DNA of 64,000 nucleotides, taken from a phage. The DNA is taken from NCBI GenBank assembly GCA_030980935.1, contig GCA_030980935.1_3059.1. One strand, given 5' to 3'. Shown here piece after piece: positions 9,805 to 20,159 of the stretch. Below the pieces are notes generated by a model. That model was given only the letters and a program-made list of their open reading frames with translations, did not search any database and was not told the origin of the DNA. Each line of letters begins with the position of its first letter. The stretch's first letter is position 1. The translations under genes were made by a program, and so were the position numbers.

Positions 9805-9999
9805 TTATTTGAATTGTGCAATTCTTTTCTCTAAACATTCAGCATAAGATTTCATTGAGATAAACTGCGAAAGTAGCAGTTCTTGCTCAACTGCACTAAC
9901 TGTTAGAAACTTTGCGCTTTCTAAAAATTTGCTCAGTGCATTAATTTTGAGCATTAATTGATCGTATTCTTCTTTTACTCGTGCTTGATAACCTAACAT
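9805..9999 (-). CDS. Hypothetical protein (64 aa)
   Basis: Track ORF flanked by two tetraloop hairpins. Confidence 0.45.
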   Translation of the reverse strand: MLGYQARVKEEYDQLMLKINALSKFLESAKFLTVSAVEQELLLSQFISMKSYAECLEKRIAQFK

Positions 10000-10017
10000 A
10001 ATTTTCCTTAATATGAT

Positions 10018-10033
10018 AAGGGCCGAAGCCCTT
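10018..10033 (-). terminator. UUCG-tetraloop hairpin at rIIB 3' end
   Basis: GGGC cgaa GCCC overlapping the rIIB stop codon. Confidence 0.5.
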
Positions 10034-10970
10034 ATTTAAATTGTTCAGTAACGTCTTCAACTACTTCGTATTGGCAGGTACGCATTTTAGCATCGTTGTA
10101 ATCAATCGGAATTGATACTACATCACGTGGATGTACTTTAACTTTTACAACTCGGCTGGTTGAACTGCCAAAGTGACGAATATAAGATTTAGAACACACA
10201 TGCAGACCACGAGAACAAGTTTGTGTATCATCGTCATTCACACGAGTACGCGGCATTTTAACTACTTTACCAGGACTGTTATCAAAGGTGTTTGAGTGAC
10301 AGTCAAAGTAGTTGTCACGAACTACTTTCCAAGCATAGAAGTAACCATCTTCTGTAATTTCAATATCGTTTGCTACCAAGAAATCAAAGAGTCGAGATAC
10401 CGCTTTCTGGCTTGGGTTTTCCAGCAGATTTTCCAAGAACGGAAAATAAAATTCAAAGTTTTCACCTTTTTCCATCGAATCGAGAATACGATCAACTAAA
10501 CCAGACCGTAATTCGATATTTTGATAGAACAAGCTTCCGCCTTCAATTCGAACATCGCCGGAAATATATTTTTCAACAGCGCGACGAACATTAATTTTTT
10601 GCGCAGCTTCTTCCAGCTTATCCGCTACAAGCAGATTAAGAATTTCCTGGAAGTTTGAATGAGTATTAGGAGTTGCGTTATAAGTTACACCGTCAACAGT
10701 AATTGAAATGAATTTTTTAGATGCATTCCAAATAATGTCAGATTTAGCAACTGGAGCAATAACTGCATCGCTATTAACTTTAACTGTAATATCACCGCTA
10801 ATAGTAACTTTAGGGCGTTTAGCTTCTTCAGCATTTTTCAAAACACGACGGATTGTGTCAACCGATACATCCTTCCAATAAGCTAATTCCTGCTGAGTGT
10901 AATTACCACTTGAATACAGTTTAACAATTTCAGCTTGTTCGTTTTTGGTCAGGCATTTAATATTGTACAT
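10032..10970 (-). CDS. rIIB: rIIB protein
   Basis: 312 aa, immediately downstream of rIIA. Confidence 0.9.
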   Translation of the reverse strand: MYNIKCLTKNEQAEIVKLYSSGNYTQQELAYWKDVSVDTIRRVLKNAEEAKRPKVTISGDITVKVNSDAVIAPVAKSDIIWNASKKFISITVDGVTYNATPNTHSNFQEILNLLVADKLEEAAQKINVRRAVEKYISGDVRIEGGSLFYQNIELRSGLVDRILDSMEKGENFEFYFPFLENLLENPSQKAVSRLFDFLVANDIEITEDGYFYAWKVVRDNYFDCHSNTFDNSPGKVVKMPRTRVNDDDTQTCSRGLHVCSKSYIRHFGSSTSRVVKVKVHPRDVVSIPIDYNDAKMRTCQYEVVEDVTEQFK

Positions 10971-10981
10971 AATTTTCCTTA

Positions 10982-13159
10982 TTAGGCCGCAAGGGCCTTC
11001 ATAGTTTTAGCGATTTGAGAAACTTCATCATCACTTAAAGAGTTGCGATAACCGATGAAGTCGGAAACAATACGGAATTTCTTGGTAAACTCAGCAACCA
11101 TTTTATCACTATTTTTTGAAGCATTATTTGACAATACATCAAAAAGATTAGTTACTGTCCAGATGTCATGACCGATGGTACCTTTTCCACCGTTGAAATA
11201 TATGCCCTGTAATGAACTAACCATATTACCAAGGCGAGTATATTCTTCAGAAACTTCATCTACACTGAAGTACTTCATCATAAAATCTAGTTCAGGATAC
11301 TTAATAATTTTATCAATATATCGTTTAGCTGAACTTGAATAACCTACATACTTATCATAATCTACAGCATCAAAAGCATCTACATATAAATCACGCAGAG
11401 TTTCAAAAATACATTGGCACTGACCGAGTTCTTTTACCTTTTTCTGTAAAAGCGGACGAATAACATAAAATTCATTAATGCCAATAAGATTAGCCATACG
11501 AATCAAAATATTCATAGATGGATGACAAAGTGATGTAGTACCATCCATAGAGAAAATATCAGAACGATGCATATACGCTACATAACCAGTAATTTCATCT
11601 GCTTCTGACGTAAGTGTAAATAATTCCTCTTTTTCCCAACGCCCATCTTTAATTTCAAACTTAAATGCTGTAGCAGCTTTAGGACGAGGAGCTTTACTTT
11701 TAACTACCTTTGGAATATAGCTTTTAACTAAAGCTTCAATTTCTGACAAATAATGAATGTTAACTTCATCACTTTCAAACATTGCCATAATATCAGGAAG
11801 CAAATCAATCTGCGATTCTACTTCTGGATTAATAAACAGAAGGCGTTCGTTGTGATGAATATTCAAAGTGTTATTAAATTCACTATCATCTAACGCATGT
11901 GCTAATCCACGGACAATATTAACACGATTTTTAATATTATCAATAACGATATTAATTTTTGTTGTATTAATACCAAACAGACGATAACTTGATGCAACGG
12001 CTGAAGTTTCATGGCTTTGCTTAATGCGTTTCAGTCGAGGGTCAAGATTTACTTCATACACAACTCCTGCATTGCATAACTTACTGTCAGGTTCAAACAT
12101 GCTCTGCATTTTCTTATATGACAGATTTTTAGTCGTGAATTTGACTGAATTACTAATCATATAATCTCGAGCAGAATACCCCATCTTCATCAATTCACGA
12201 TATGTGTGACGAGGAGATGTAGATTCTTTAAATCGTTTTACATCTTCATTAAATGCTTTCTCACTAAGCTCTTTAACTCGTTCAATAATATTTTTACGAG
12301 TGCGATCATCTAATGAAAGAGCTTCACGTGATGGAGCAATATCAAGTGAACCCATTGGAAATTTAATGTAATTCACTTCATTGCGAATGCTTAGCCAGTT
12401 ACGGTCTCTAATAACACCATCGATAGGATAAACAATACCGCCATAGATAGCATATAATCCACCACGATCTGGCCAATATCTTTCTGGATTTACGCCATAA
12501 TAATCATCAAAATCCGGAAAATAATCAATTTCGCGGTCAAGACCATTAATGATAGCCAAATCTTTGAATGGTCGCATGATATAAGAAACTTCATAAGCAA
12601 AGTTTCTAAAGTCTTTTTCTTCAACTGGAACTACGATTTCAATACCAGTTTTATCATTTGGACCCATTTCTTTTACGAATGTAGGTTTAATTTGTGGACC
12701 ATCGCCATCCATGTAAGCTACATAACCACGAATTTCACCTTTATGATACGAAGTAATACTAAACGTATCAGTATAACTAAACGGAGATTTAGAACCTAAA
12801 CCAAATCCGCCAATAAAGTCATTAGATTCAGCCTTAGATGAACTGAAGTATGAATTATACAAACCAGGAGAATTATCATCACCCTGAATATCAAAATCAC
12901 TCATACCCGGACCAAAATCTCGGCAAACAAATCGTGGATCTAAACGTCCAGGAACTTGAATGATAAATTTTTCAGGATTTCCATTGAGAGCATGGGCATC
13001 AATCATGTTGGTAATCAATTCACGAACAACTGCGCGAATCTTATTTGTATACAAATCAGATGACAGAATTTTAAATACTTTAGGATTTGCTGCGATGCTA
13101 AATGCTTTTGATTTAGAACCATTGCCAAGAATTGTTTCTTTTTCAGTGGTGATAATCAT
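10982..13159 (-). CDS. rIIA: rIIA protein
   Basis: 725 aa; N-terminal GHKL-like ATPase region; canonical rIIA-rIIB pair. Confidence 0.9.
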   Translation of the reverse strand: MIITTEKETILGNGSKSKAFSIAANPKVFKILSSDLYTNKIRAVVRELITNMIDAHALNGNPEKFIIQVPGRLDPRFVCRDFGPGMSDFDIQGDDNSPGLYNSYFSSSKAESNDFIGGFGLGSKSPFSYTDTFSITSYHKGEIRGYVAYMDGDGPQIKPTFVKEMGPNDKTGIEIVVPVEEKDFRNFAYEVSYIMRPFKDLAIINGLDREIDYFPDFDDYYGVNPERYWPDRGGLYAIYGGIVYPIDGVIRDRNWLSIRNEVNYIKFPMGSLDIAPSREALSLDDRTRKNIIERVKELSEKAFNEDVKRFKESTSPRHTYRELMKMGYSARDYMISNSVKFTTKNLSYKKMQSMFEPDSKLCNAGVVYEVNLDPRLKRIKQSHETSAVASSYRLFGINTTKINIVIDNIKNRVNIVRGLAHALDDSEFNNTLNIHHNERLLFINPEVESQIDLLPDIMAMFESDEVNIHYLSEIEALVKSYIPKVVKSKAPRPKAATAFKFEIKDGRWEKEELFTLTSEADEITGYVAYMHRSDIFSMDGTTSLCHPSMNILIRMANLIGINEFYVIRPLLQKKVKELGQCQCIFETLRDLYVDAFDAVDYDKYVGYSSSAKRYIDKIIKYPELDFMMKYFSVDEVSEEYTRLGNMVSSLQGIYFNGGKGTIGHDIWTVTNLFDVLSNNASKNSDKMVAEFTKKFRIVSDFIGYRNSLSDDEVSQIAKTMKALAA

Positions 13160-13169
13160 AATTTCCTCA

Positions 13170-13373
13170 TTAATTCATATTACGCTTAATAACTTCAGCA
13201 ACTTCTAGTAGTTCATCTTTAGTTGCAGTGTCGGATTGAATTTTATCTCTAATATCTTTAAAGCGGTTTTTAAATTCTTCGGCTTCTCCCATATCGAAAA
13301 AGCGTTGAATGATTCTATATTCTCGATGAACTGCTTTATCAAAAAGTTCTAAATTTACTCTATATGATTTCAT
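13170..13373 (-). CDS. Hypothetical protein rIIA.1-like (67 aa)
   Basis: Track ORF between gene 39 and rIIA. Confidence 0.55.
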   Translation of the reverse strand: MKSYRVNLELFDKAVHREYRIIQRFFDMGEAEEFKNRFKDIRDKIQSDTATKDELLEVAEVIKRNMN

Positions 13374-13394
13374 TTCAATATCCTCATTTGCCCA

Positions 13395-13432
13395 ATTAAT
13401 TATACCACATCCTTGTGGTAAAGTAAATTACT
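13395..13432 (-). promoter_or_regulatory. T4 early promoter upstream of rIIA.1/rIIA
   Basis: Minus-strand ATTTAC ... TGGTATAAT with 18-nt spacer; overlaps 3' end of gene 39. Confidence 0.55.
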
Positions 13433-15248
13433 GGCTCATCCATTCTTTACGAAGGTCAGCATTATCTCCCATGAGCATTTCAAAAAGCTCTTTCCAGTTC
13501 TCAGGAAGTTTAACAACATCATATACTGGATTTTGAATCATCTCACGATATTCAGATTTTTCCAAAGAGCCAAGTCCTTTAATATAACGGATGCTATGTT
13601 TAGGTAGAGCATCTTTGGCACTCTCATATTCAGCGACTGTATAAAACCATTCTTGTTTTTTACCGACCTGAGCGATGATTACAGGAGTTTTGACAAAGCG
13701 AATTCGTCCTTGCTCAAACAGTTCTGGCCAATTACTAAAAAATCCGAGCAGAGAAGGATAAATGCTTCCTAGACCATCATGGTCAGCATCAGTCATAATA
13801 GCAATATTATGATAATTCAAGTTTTCAGCTTTTTCACCGAGAACTAATCCAGTGATTGCGCAAATATCAAATAGTTCTTTGTTTTTAAGCATATCTGCAT
13901 AAGACATACCCCAACTGTTGAGAACTTTACCACGCAATGGATAACCACCATGAAGTTCTTTATCACGAACATCAATAAGATATCCGATAGCAGAATCACC
14001 CTCAGTCAAGAAAAGAGTAGTATCAGCATCTTTACCACAAAGATTCGCTTTAATATGTTTATGAACCTTAGCTTTAGAAGCCTTTTTAGCTGCTTTAGTT
14101 TCTGCTGCTTTTTCTGCCGCTAATTTACGAGCCAAGGCAGCTTCAATAATTGGCATTAAAATTGCTTCATTGTTTAAAATAGCGCGTGAAATCTTTTTAG
14201 CATCAAGTTGAATATGACTACGAATTTCACCAAATGGAGAAGTCAAACGCTCTTTAGTTTGAGAATCAAATCGCATGTTTTTCATATCACGAACAAACAT
14301 AACGATAGTCAAACATTCTTTAACACGTGCTTTAGTTACATCAATTTTGAACTTACGTTTGATTTGTGGAATAAGGTCTTCACAAATATCATCCATAACA
14401 CAGTCAATGTGATGGCCACCATTCTTAGTATGAATATTATTGACGTACGTCAACTGACGAAAACCATCCGGTGAACGACCAACCGCAATAGAACAATTTT
14501 CTTGTTCTTGAACGATAGCATGTTCATCATACTGTCGTGCGTATTTCTTAAAATTGCCCTGAACCTTTTTACCATTAAAGGTAAATTGAATATCAGGATA
14601 AACAACAGCAAGTGTCTGGAGACGATCTAGTGTAATGTCAAGATAAACTTGGGACAGCTCATTAGTTTCAAATGACATAAAATCTGGAATGAAAGTAACA
14701 CGAGTTCCTTTCCATTTTCCAGGAATAGTTTCCCAGGATTTATTTTCCATGCCATTTGAACAACGAACTACAATATTATTTTGACCATCGCCAGTTTCAC
14801 CGACAAACATCACAGAAAAAATGTTAGTTAAACTAGAACCAACACCATTCATACCACCGGTGACACGTTCTTTATCATCACCAAAGTTACCACCCGCTTT
14901 TGGAATAGTCCAAGCAGCAACTGGACCAGGAATTTCTTCACCGGTAGGTGTTTTAACCATCGCTTGTGGAATACCGCGACCGTTATCTTCAACTGTTACC
15001 TGATTATTTTTAATGGTAACATTAATTTTATTCGCGAATTTAAACTTAGTACGAATACCTTCATCGACTGAGTTATCGATAATTTCATCAATAAGCTTAA
15101 CAAGACCAGGTACATACTGAACACTTTCCCATTTACCAAACAGAAAGCGCTCATGCATTTCATTAGCAGAAGAGCCAATGTACATGCCACTACGCTTTTT
15201 GATATGTTCAATATCGCTCAGAATTTTAATTTCATTCTTAATCATCAC
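13428..15248 (-). CDS. 39: DNA topoisomerase II large subunit (GyrB-like), uninterrupted 39/60-type gene
   Basis: 606 aa single ORF with GHKL ATPase N-terminus and Toprim region; in T4, as I recall, this function is split between genes 39 and 60. Confidence 0.9.
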   Translation of the reverse strand: MMIKNEIKILSDIEHIKKRSGMYIGSSANEMHERFLFGKWESVQYVPGLVKLIDEIIDNSVDEGIRTKFKFANKINVTIKNNQVTVEDNGRGIPQAMVKTPTGEEIPGPVAAWTIPKAGGNFGDDKERVTGGMNGVGSSLTNIFSVMFVGETGDGQNNIVVRCSNGMENKSWETIPGKWKGTRVTFIPDFMSFETNELSQVYLDITLDRLQTLAVVYPDIQFTFNGKKVQGNFKKYARQYDEHAIVQEQENCSIAVGRSPDGFRQLTYVNNIHTKNGGHHIDCVMDDICEDLIPQIKRKFKIDVTKARVKECLTIVMFVRDMKNMRFDSQTKERLTSPFGEIRSHIQLDAKKISRAILNNEAILMPIIEAALARKLAAEKAAETKAAKKASKAKVHKHIKANLCGKDADTTLFLTEGDSAIGYLIDVRDKELHGGYPLRGKVLNSWGMSYADMLKNKELFDICAITGLVLGEKAENLNYHNIAIMTDADHDGLGSIYPSLLGFFSNWPELFEQGRIRFVKTPVIIAQVGKKQEWFYTVAEYESAKDALPKHSIRYIKGLGSLEKSEYREMIQNPVYDVVKLPENWKELFEMLMGDNADLRKEWMSQ

Positions 15249-15297
15249 TTATCCTCGTTTGGTTTCGGGAATATTATACTCCGGTAATCATAAAGCT

Positions 15298-15315
15298 AAA
15301 GGCCCGAAGGCCTTT
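15298..15315 (-). terminator. UUCG-tetraloop hairpin
   Basis: GGCC cgaa GGCC followed by T-run. Confidence 0.5.
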
Positions 15316-15587
15316 TATTTAAAACGAATAGTTGAATCCTTAAAGAACAGCCCAGAACATACTGTTCCTTCTACTTTCTGCCCGGTAGGTCCAATAGCAC
15401 GAAATCCAGTATGCTGGAAATCATTTTCAGAGCAACCGAACCAATTATATCCAGTGATTTCAATATTAGTAAAACCACTTGAAGACAAAACTTTGGTTGC
15501 ATTATCAGCATCAGTACATCCTACTAAAGATACTGCTAATACTAATGCCGCGATAGAACGATTAACATATTTCATAATTTCACTCAA
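15315..15587 (-). CDS. Putative lipoprotein (90 aa)
   Basis: Signal peptide with lipobox LVGC; hairpin follows the stop. Confidence 0.5.
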   Translation of the reverse strand: MSEIMKYVNRSIAALVLAVSLVGCTDADNATKVLSSSGFTNIEITGYNWFGCSENDFQHTGFRAIGPTGQKVEGTVCSGLFFKDSTIRFK

Positions 15588-15951
15588 ATTTAATGGCTTG
15601 AAGGAGACTAATAATTCTCAAGCGACTTCTTTCATCTTTAACTGTAAAAGAAAGAGGGTCACCAGATTTCATAGTGATAGTGCATTCAAAATCAAAATCT
15701 TCTGTGACTTCTTCAAAGAAGTCAAATTCTTCATCATAAATTAGAACATTACTCTGAAAACTGTGAAGAATTTTTCCATCATTTCCGGATGCTGTACTAA
15801 TCATTGTAACATTATGACCTTTCATATCTTCAACGATAAATTCGCTTGTAGATATTACAGCATTAATAGAACCATTCCTATAAATAGCAGACATTAGATA
15901 TTTCTTTTCTTCGCCTTTGCGAATACGATACTTCTTACCGATTTTAAACAT
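15580..15951 (-). CDS. Hypothetical protein (123 aa)
   Basis: Track ORF. Confidence 0.5.
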   Translation of the reverse strand: MFKIGKKYRIRKGEEKKYLMSAIYRNGSINAVISTSEFIVEDMKGHNVTMISTASGNDGKILHSFQSNVLIYDEEFDFFEEVTEDFDFECTITMKSGDPLSFTVKDERSRLRIISLLQAIKFE

Positions 15952-15953
15952 AA

Positions 15954-16130
15954 TTATCCTTTAAGTAAGTCGTAAAATCCGCCATTCACATGCTTAGGAG
16001 CAGAAGGCCGACGAGTAGACAAACGATGACATTTAGGGCAAACATCATTTTCTCGTTCAGAAATCTTTTTAATTTTTTCATATTCATGCCCGCAGTCTTC
16101 AGATTGGCATTTATAATCATACATTGGCAT
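15954..16130 (-). CDS. Small zinc-ribbon protein (58 aa)
   Basis: Hand-translated MPMYDYKCQSEDCGHEYEKI...CPKCH; CxxxxC...CxxC pattern. Confidence 0.4.
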   Translation of the reverse strand: MPMYDYKCQSEDCGHEYEKIKKISERENDVCPKCHRLSTRRPSAPKHVNGGFYDLLKG

Positions 16131-16132
16131 AA

Positions 16133-16558
16133 TTATTCCTTAAAATGAGCTTTCAGCATCTGATACAAAGACCATGCCTGTTCATTATTTTCAATAGTAA
16201 CTTTCATGACCGGGAATTCTGTGAAATCTTCTATTTGTTCTTGCTCTTTCTCTTCCTGCTCTTGCTCTTCAACTGCCTGATATGGATTTTCCACTTCATC
16301 AAAGAACCCAGCTTCGTTAGTAGAAAGCCAAATAAAGTTTTCGTCAAGGATATCACCATGTGTTGCATATCCAACTGTGCCAGTAGATGTCACAATTTTA
16401 GTAGGACGACCAAGATGGTCAACATCTAAAATTTTAAAAGGATGCATACCTAAACGGCGTGCATAGATTCCGTTATCAGTATGATCTTTAATAAAATTTT
16501 CTTGAGCTTGTTTATTTTTAAATTGATACCATTTATTAACTTCAAATCTAATAGCCAT
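16133..16558 (-). CDS. goF: Hypothetical protein, possibly GoF (141 aa)
   Basis: Size and position match T4 goF; acidic [11 protein letters not shown] tract; assignment by synteny only. Confidence 0.4.
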   Translation of the reverse strand: MAIRFEVNKWYQFKNKQAQENFIKDHTDNGIYARRLGMHPFKILDVDHLGRPTKIVTSTGTVGYATHGDILDENFIWLSTNEAGFFDEVENPYQAVEEQEQEEKEQEQIEDFTEFPVMKVTIENNEQAWSLYQMLKAHFKE

Positions 16559-16773
16559 TAATAAATTTCCTTCCAGTAAGTTGTACCGTCTTCAGTGATT
16601 TCACGGAATACACCATAAATCGGTTGTTTATCACCAACCTTTTCATACACATAAACCGAAGTCAAGTGAGTAAACTTGATGGTGTGTTCCTTTTGAACTA
16701 CTACCAAATCTGGATCGAATAATACATCTTCAAATTCGTCATTAGTGCAATTCTGAACAATTTTACGTTTCAT
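16558..16773 (-). CDS. cef: Hypothetical protein, possibly Cef (71 aa)
   Basis: 71 aa ORF after goF-like gene; synteny only. Confidence 0.4.
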   Translation of the reverse strand: MKRKIVQNCTNDEFEDVLFDPDLVVVQKEHTIKFTHLTSVYVYEKVGDKQPIYGVFREITEDGTTYWKEIY

Positions 16774-16786
16774 TACAATTTCCTCA

Positions 16787-17068
16787 TTAATTAAACATTG
16801 GAGCGATACGTTTCAGAAGAGTAGCAGCACCTTTAGCGAATTTTACATCATGAAAAACAGTTTCTTCTTCTGTAACAACTCGAACTTTAATATTTTCACA
16901 ATCCCAATTTTTACGAACAATCTTCAAAAGCTGCAGTAAATCTTTACATTCAGCAATATCGATAACACATCCACGAGAATCTTCCATTATCGCACGATAA
17001 CCGTAAGCCATACCATAATCGTTAAAAGATTGCTCGATGATAATTAAGTTTTCCATTTTATTCTCCAA
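16787..17068 (-). CDS. Hypothetical protein (93 aa)
   Basis: Track ORF downstream of an early promoter cassette. Confidence 0.5.
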   Translation of the reverse strand: MENKMENLIIIEQSFNDYGMAYGYRAIMEDSRGCVIDIAECKDLLQLLKIVRKNWDCENIKVRVVTEEETVFHDVKFAKGAATLLKRIAPMFN

Positions 17069-17153
17069 GTTGTTTTCTGTATCAGTAGTTGATATTGATA
17101 TAGTACCATAATCAACTACTGATGTATATAGTTTTATGAAAAAAATTTAAACT

Positions 17154-17645
17154 TTATGCATAGCGAGCTTTGCTGTAGTGTTTAATCCAACTTTCAGGAA
17201 TGACTTTGTATGTTCCTAAAAATACCGTGTTGTACAGCTTAACACCGTCTTCTACCCACTGATCGGTAATGTATGCGCACATAGCACGAGTACGGTTAAC
17301 AACCCCTTCCTCACCTTCAGTAAATTCAAACTCATAAGGAGCAACGAACTTAATAGCTTGACCGAGTTTCCACTTAAAGTCTACGCCTACATGCGAAGTA
17401 TCAATCGTTTCAATTCCTTTAGCAGGAACAGCTTTTAAAAACGCAGACTCAAGAAATTTCGCACGAACATAGCCAAACTGGGGTTTAGACTTTCCATCTT
17501 TAGGAATGATACGCACTTTTACTTCAGAATCTTCATCTTTAACACCGTGTTTAAGCTGAATGCTTACAACTTCAACCAATTTTCCTGCTGCTTTAGAACG
17601 GGATTTATCAGATACACGAGCTAATTCACCAATATTAATAATCAT
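17154..17645 (-). CDS. motB: MotB-like protein (163 aa)
   Basis: Size and position match T4 MotB; synteny-based. Confidence 0.5.
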   Translation of the reverse strand: MIINIGELARVSDKSRSKAAGKLVEVVSIQLKHGVKDEDSEVKVRIIPKDGKSKPQFGYVRAKFLESAFLKAVPAKGIETIDTSHVGVDFKWKLGQAIKFVAPYEFEFTEGEEGVVNRTRAMCAYITDQWVEDGVKLYNTVFLGTYKVIPESWIKHYSKARYA

Positions 17646-17718
17646 AGTTATCTCTCACTTGTTAAAAAGATTTTATACTCCACGGGACCATTATACTCTG
17701 GTCCCAAGAGTTTGTAAA

Positions 17719-18156
17719 CTAGCTTACACGAACATTAATCACTGCGCTGCGAGGAACTACAGAGTACTCTCCAGCATGAACTACGTTCAGAAGTTCAACA
17801 CCATCTTCAATCCACTGATCAGTCACCCATCCACCCACAGGATTCGCGAATGGACGACGAATATAAACTGCCTTACACAGTAGATCAGTTGGATCTTCAG
17901 GTTTTTCAATTTCTGTCAATAGACTAAAATCTTTTTCATAAATAATAAGCGATGACACCATTCCATAATAGTTTCTAATTTCAATATACATCATGCCGAT
18001 AAGAATTCCGCTATTAACACTAATAACAGTAAAAGGATATCCGCCAGTTAAAGCAAGAAGTTCACAAAACTTATTATGAGATGTATTAGACAGTACCGGA
18101 AAATTCTTAATTTCATCAAATTTTTTCAATTGATAAACAGCATTATTTTTAATCAT
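17719..18156 (-). CDS. MotB-related paralogue (145 aa)
   Basis: C-terminus VTDQWIEDGVELLNVVHAGEYSVVPRSAV parallels ITDQWVEDGVKLYNTVFLGTYKVIPESWI in the neighbouring gene. Confidence 0.5.
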   Translation of the reverse strand: MIKNNAVYQLKKFDEIKNFPVLSNTSHNKFCELLALTGGYPFTVISVNSGILIGMMYIEIRNYYGMVSSLIIYEKDFSLLTEIEKPEDPTDLLCKAVYIRRPFANPVGGWVTDQWIEDGVELLNVVHAGEYSVVPRSAVINVRVS

Positions 18157-18166
18157 AATTTTCTCT

Positions 18167-18718
18167 TTAATCTAAGGTAATAAAGCCTTTTAATTCGGCA
18201 TGCGATTTGCGGAACATTACTTGATGTCCGCCAATGATAACTTGGTCATCTGGCACTTCATAAATCGCAATGTACATTCCACGTTCTTTTAAGTCTTCAC
18301 GCTCTTCTCGAGTGAACCATCTCATCATATCATATTCACTAGCGAAAGCAAAATGATATAATGCAATAAACCACAATGGAATATAATTTTCAATTCGTGA
18401 ATAATCTTTATTCCATTTAGTTTTAATAACATCATTAGCATTTTCAACTAATAACTTATCATCGTGTGGAATAGGAATACTTTCATGGCTTTCATAATTA
18501 TCGCTATGATGATGAAATGACGATGAATTAATACCGCAAAATTTTAGCCAAGTTCGAGTTTTCATAGAATCAAATCCACGATAAGGAGTTGATTGAACGC
18601 ATAACTCTTGCCTAATTTTGACTATACCACTATCATCATTTAATGCGCTAAACGATGATTCAACACGATAAATTTTCATTTTATTATCCTCAGTAGCTAT
18701 GGTGTTATAATACCACAA
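18167..18718 (-). CDS. Hypothetical protein (183 aa)
   Basis: Track ORF. Confidence 0.5.
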   Translation of the reverse strand: MWYYNTIATEDNKMKIYRVESSFSALNDDSGIVKIRQELCVQSTPYRGFDSMKTRTWLKFCGINSSSFHHHSDNYESHESIPIPHDDKLLVENANDVIKTKWNKDYSRIENYIPLWFIALYHFAFASEYDMMRWFTREEREDLKERGMYIAIYEVPDDQVIIGGHQVMFRKSHAELKGFITLD

Positions 18719-18740
18719 CTAACCGAGGAAGTAAACAACT
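18700..18740 (-). promoter_or_regulatory. T4 early promoter
   Basis: GTTTAC (18731-18736) and TGGTATTATAAC -10 region. Confidence 0.45.
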
Positions 18741-18742
18741 TT

Positions 18743-19426
18743 TTATCGTTTTGTTGGAAGAGACAGAGGATCGCAATCTTCCTCTGACGGAGCATCTTCA
18801 AGACCCATAGCGTATCGCAAAGCATACTTCATCATCAGGATGTCTTTCGCACAGTCATGAATAGAATCATGTGCAACGAATCCATCTAAAGTTCCCTTTG
18901 GAAGAGGACACGTGGTCATATCACGAACAAGCAGAAGTGCTTCAATTCTGGTACGAATATCACGCTGATTCCAGAATTTACATGGTTCTAACTTAAATGT
19001 ATCAAGCTCATTCTCGGAAACGCCATTAAGACGTTGAATATCGCGAATGAGATCGACTAAAATTGGAAAATCAAACGACATTCCACGGCACCAGCCTTGA
19101 GATTTCCAAGGATCGATATTATGTGCATTGATGTAATCGTTGAATTTTGCAATACCATCAATGGTGCTTACATCTTCATCGGATGGTGCAATATTTTTTC
19201 GAGCTTCAGGAGACTGATTTTTCCACCATTCGATAGTGCTTTTAGTAAAAAGACGATGTCCTTTTTGGCTTTTTAAATCAAATTTGATTTTAATGCCACG
19301 TGAAACTAGTTCATCGAATGATTCAACTACTTCTGGGTTAGGGTCAAAAGCAATTACAGCCAAATCAATAACAGCTGCTTTTTCACCACTTCCCATTGTT
19401 TCAAAATCTATAATAAAATCAAACAT
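18743..19426 (-). CDS. dexA: Exonuclease A (DnaQ-like 3'-5' exonuclease)
   Basis: 227 aa; N-terminal FIIDFETMG motif typical of DEDD exonucleases. Confidence 0.8.
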   Translation of the reverse strand: MFDFIIDFETMGSGEKAAVIDLAVIAFDPNPEVVESFDELVSRGIKIKFDLKSQKGHRLFTKSTIEWWKNQSPEARKNIAPSDEDVSTIDGIAKFNDYINAHNIDPWKSQGWCRGMSFDFPILVDLIRDIQRLNGVSENELDTFKLEPCKFWNQRDIRTRIEALLLVRDMTTCPLPKGTLDGFVAHDSIHDCAKDILMMKYALRYAMGLEDAPSEEDCDPLSLPTKR

Positions 19427-19701
19427 TAAACTTTCCTCGCTAAATCGCGAATTTGGCCTACAGTATAGTCTTGAATATAAACTTTATTAATAGGCTCATC
19501 AATAAATTTTGCCATAGATTCAATGTCTTTTTGTATCTCTTCAAGACTGTATACTATCTTTGAAGCTTTTTCGCGAATAGTAACATTATCAGGTCCTGGA
19601 TTTTCTTGAATGACAGCTTTAACATTTGTCATAAGAGATTTAAACTGATGCAAACTTAATTCAATCATTAATAACCGCCTTATAAAGATGGCTAATTTCA
19701 C
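19426..19701 (-). CDS. Hypothetical protein (91 aa)
   Basis: Track ORF. Confidence 0.45.
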   Translation of the reverse strand: MKLAIFIRRLLMIELSLHQFKSLMTNVKAVIQENPGPDNVTIREKASKIVYSLEEIQKDIESMAKFIDEPINKVYIQDYTVGQIRDLARKV

Positions 19702-19921
19702 CTAAAACATAATCACTGATTGTGACAGTTTTCACTTCACCACAAAAGAATTCTAACGCAATCAAATCTCGTTCAATTTCTTCTAATTGAAGCATTAACT
19801 TGCCAGATTCAATTTTTACATTTCTACGATTTTTACTATAAGCTATTTCATAAATTTCGCTCACTTTATCTTGAAGCAGATAAAACTGGTCTTTAGTTAT
19901 TTCCACGAATAGCTTCCTCAA
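19661..19921 (-). CDS. Hypothetical protein (86 aa)
   Basis: Track ORF; overlaps neighbours, true start may be internal. Confidence 0.4.
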   Translation of the reverse strand: MRKLFVEITKDQFYLLQDKVSEIYEIAYSKNRRNVKIESGKLMLQLEEIERDLIALEFFCGEVKTVTISDYVLGEISHLYKAVIND

Positions 19922-20153
19922 ATTTAATTAGTAATTTACAGACACTTTCATCTAGTGTAATTACCGTATCTGTATTACTGTGATATGATTGTTTTTCAAT
20001 TCGTTTAATTGCTAATATAGTATCACTTATAAGATAAAGCTTATGAAGGAGCTCAGCTCCTGTTACCATAACATCGAGATTATCTTGCTTATTAGTATGC
20101 TTCCTTATACCATCTATTAGACGATTTAAATATTTTGAATTGATGTTAATCAT
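19893..20153 (-). CDS. Hypothetical protein (86 aa)
   Basis: Track ORF. Confidence 0.4.
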   Translation of the reverse strand: MININSKYLNRLIDGIRKHTNKQDNLDVMVTGAELLHKLYLISDTILAIKRIEKQSYHSNTDTVITLDESVCKLLIKFEEAIRGNN

Positions 20154-20159
20154 ATAGCC

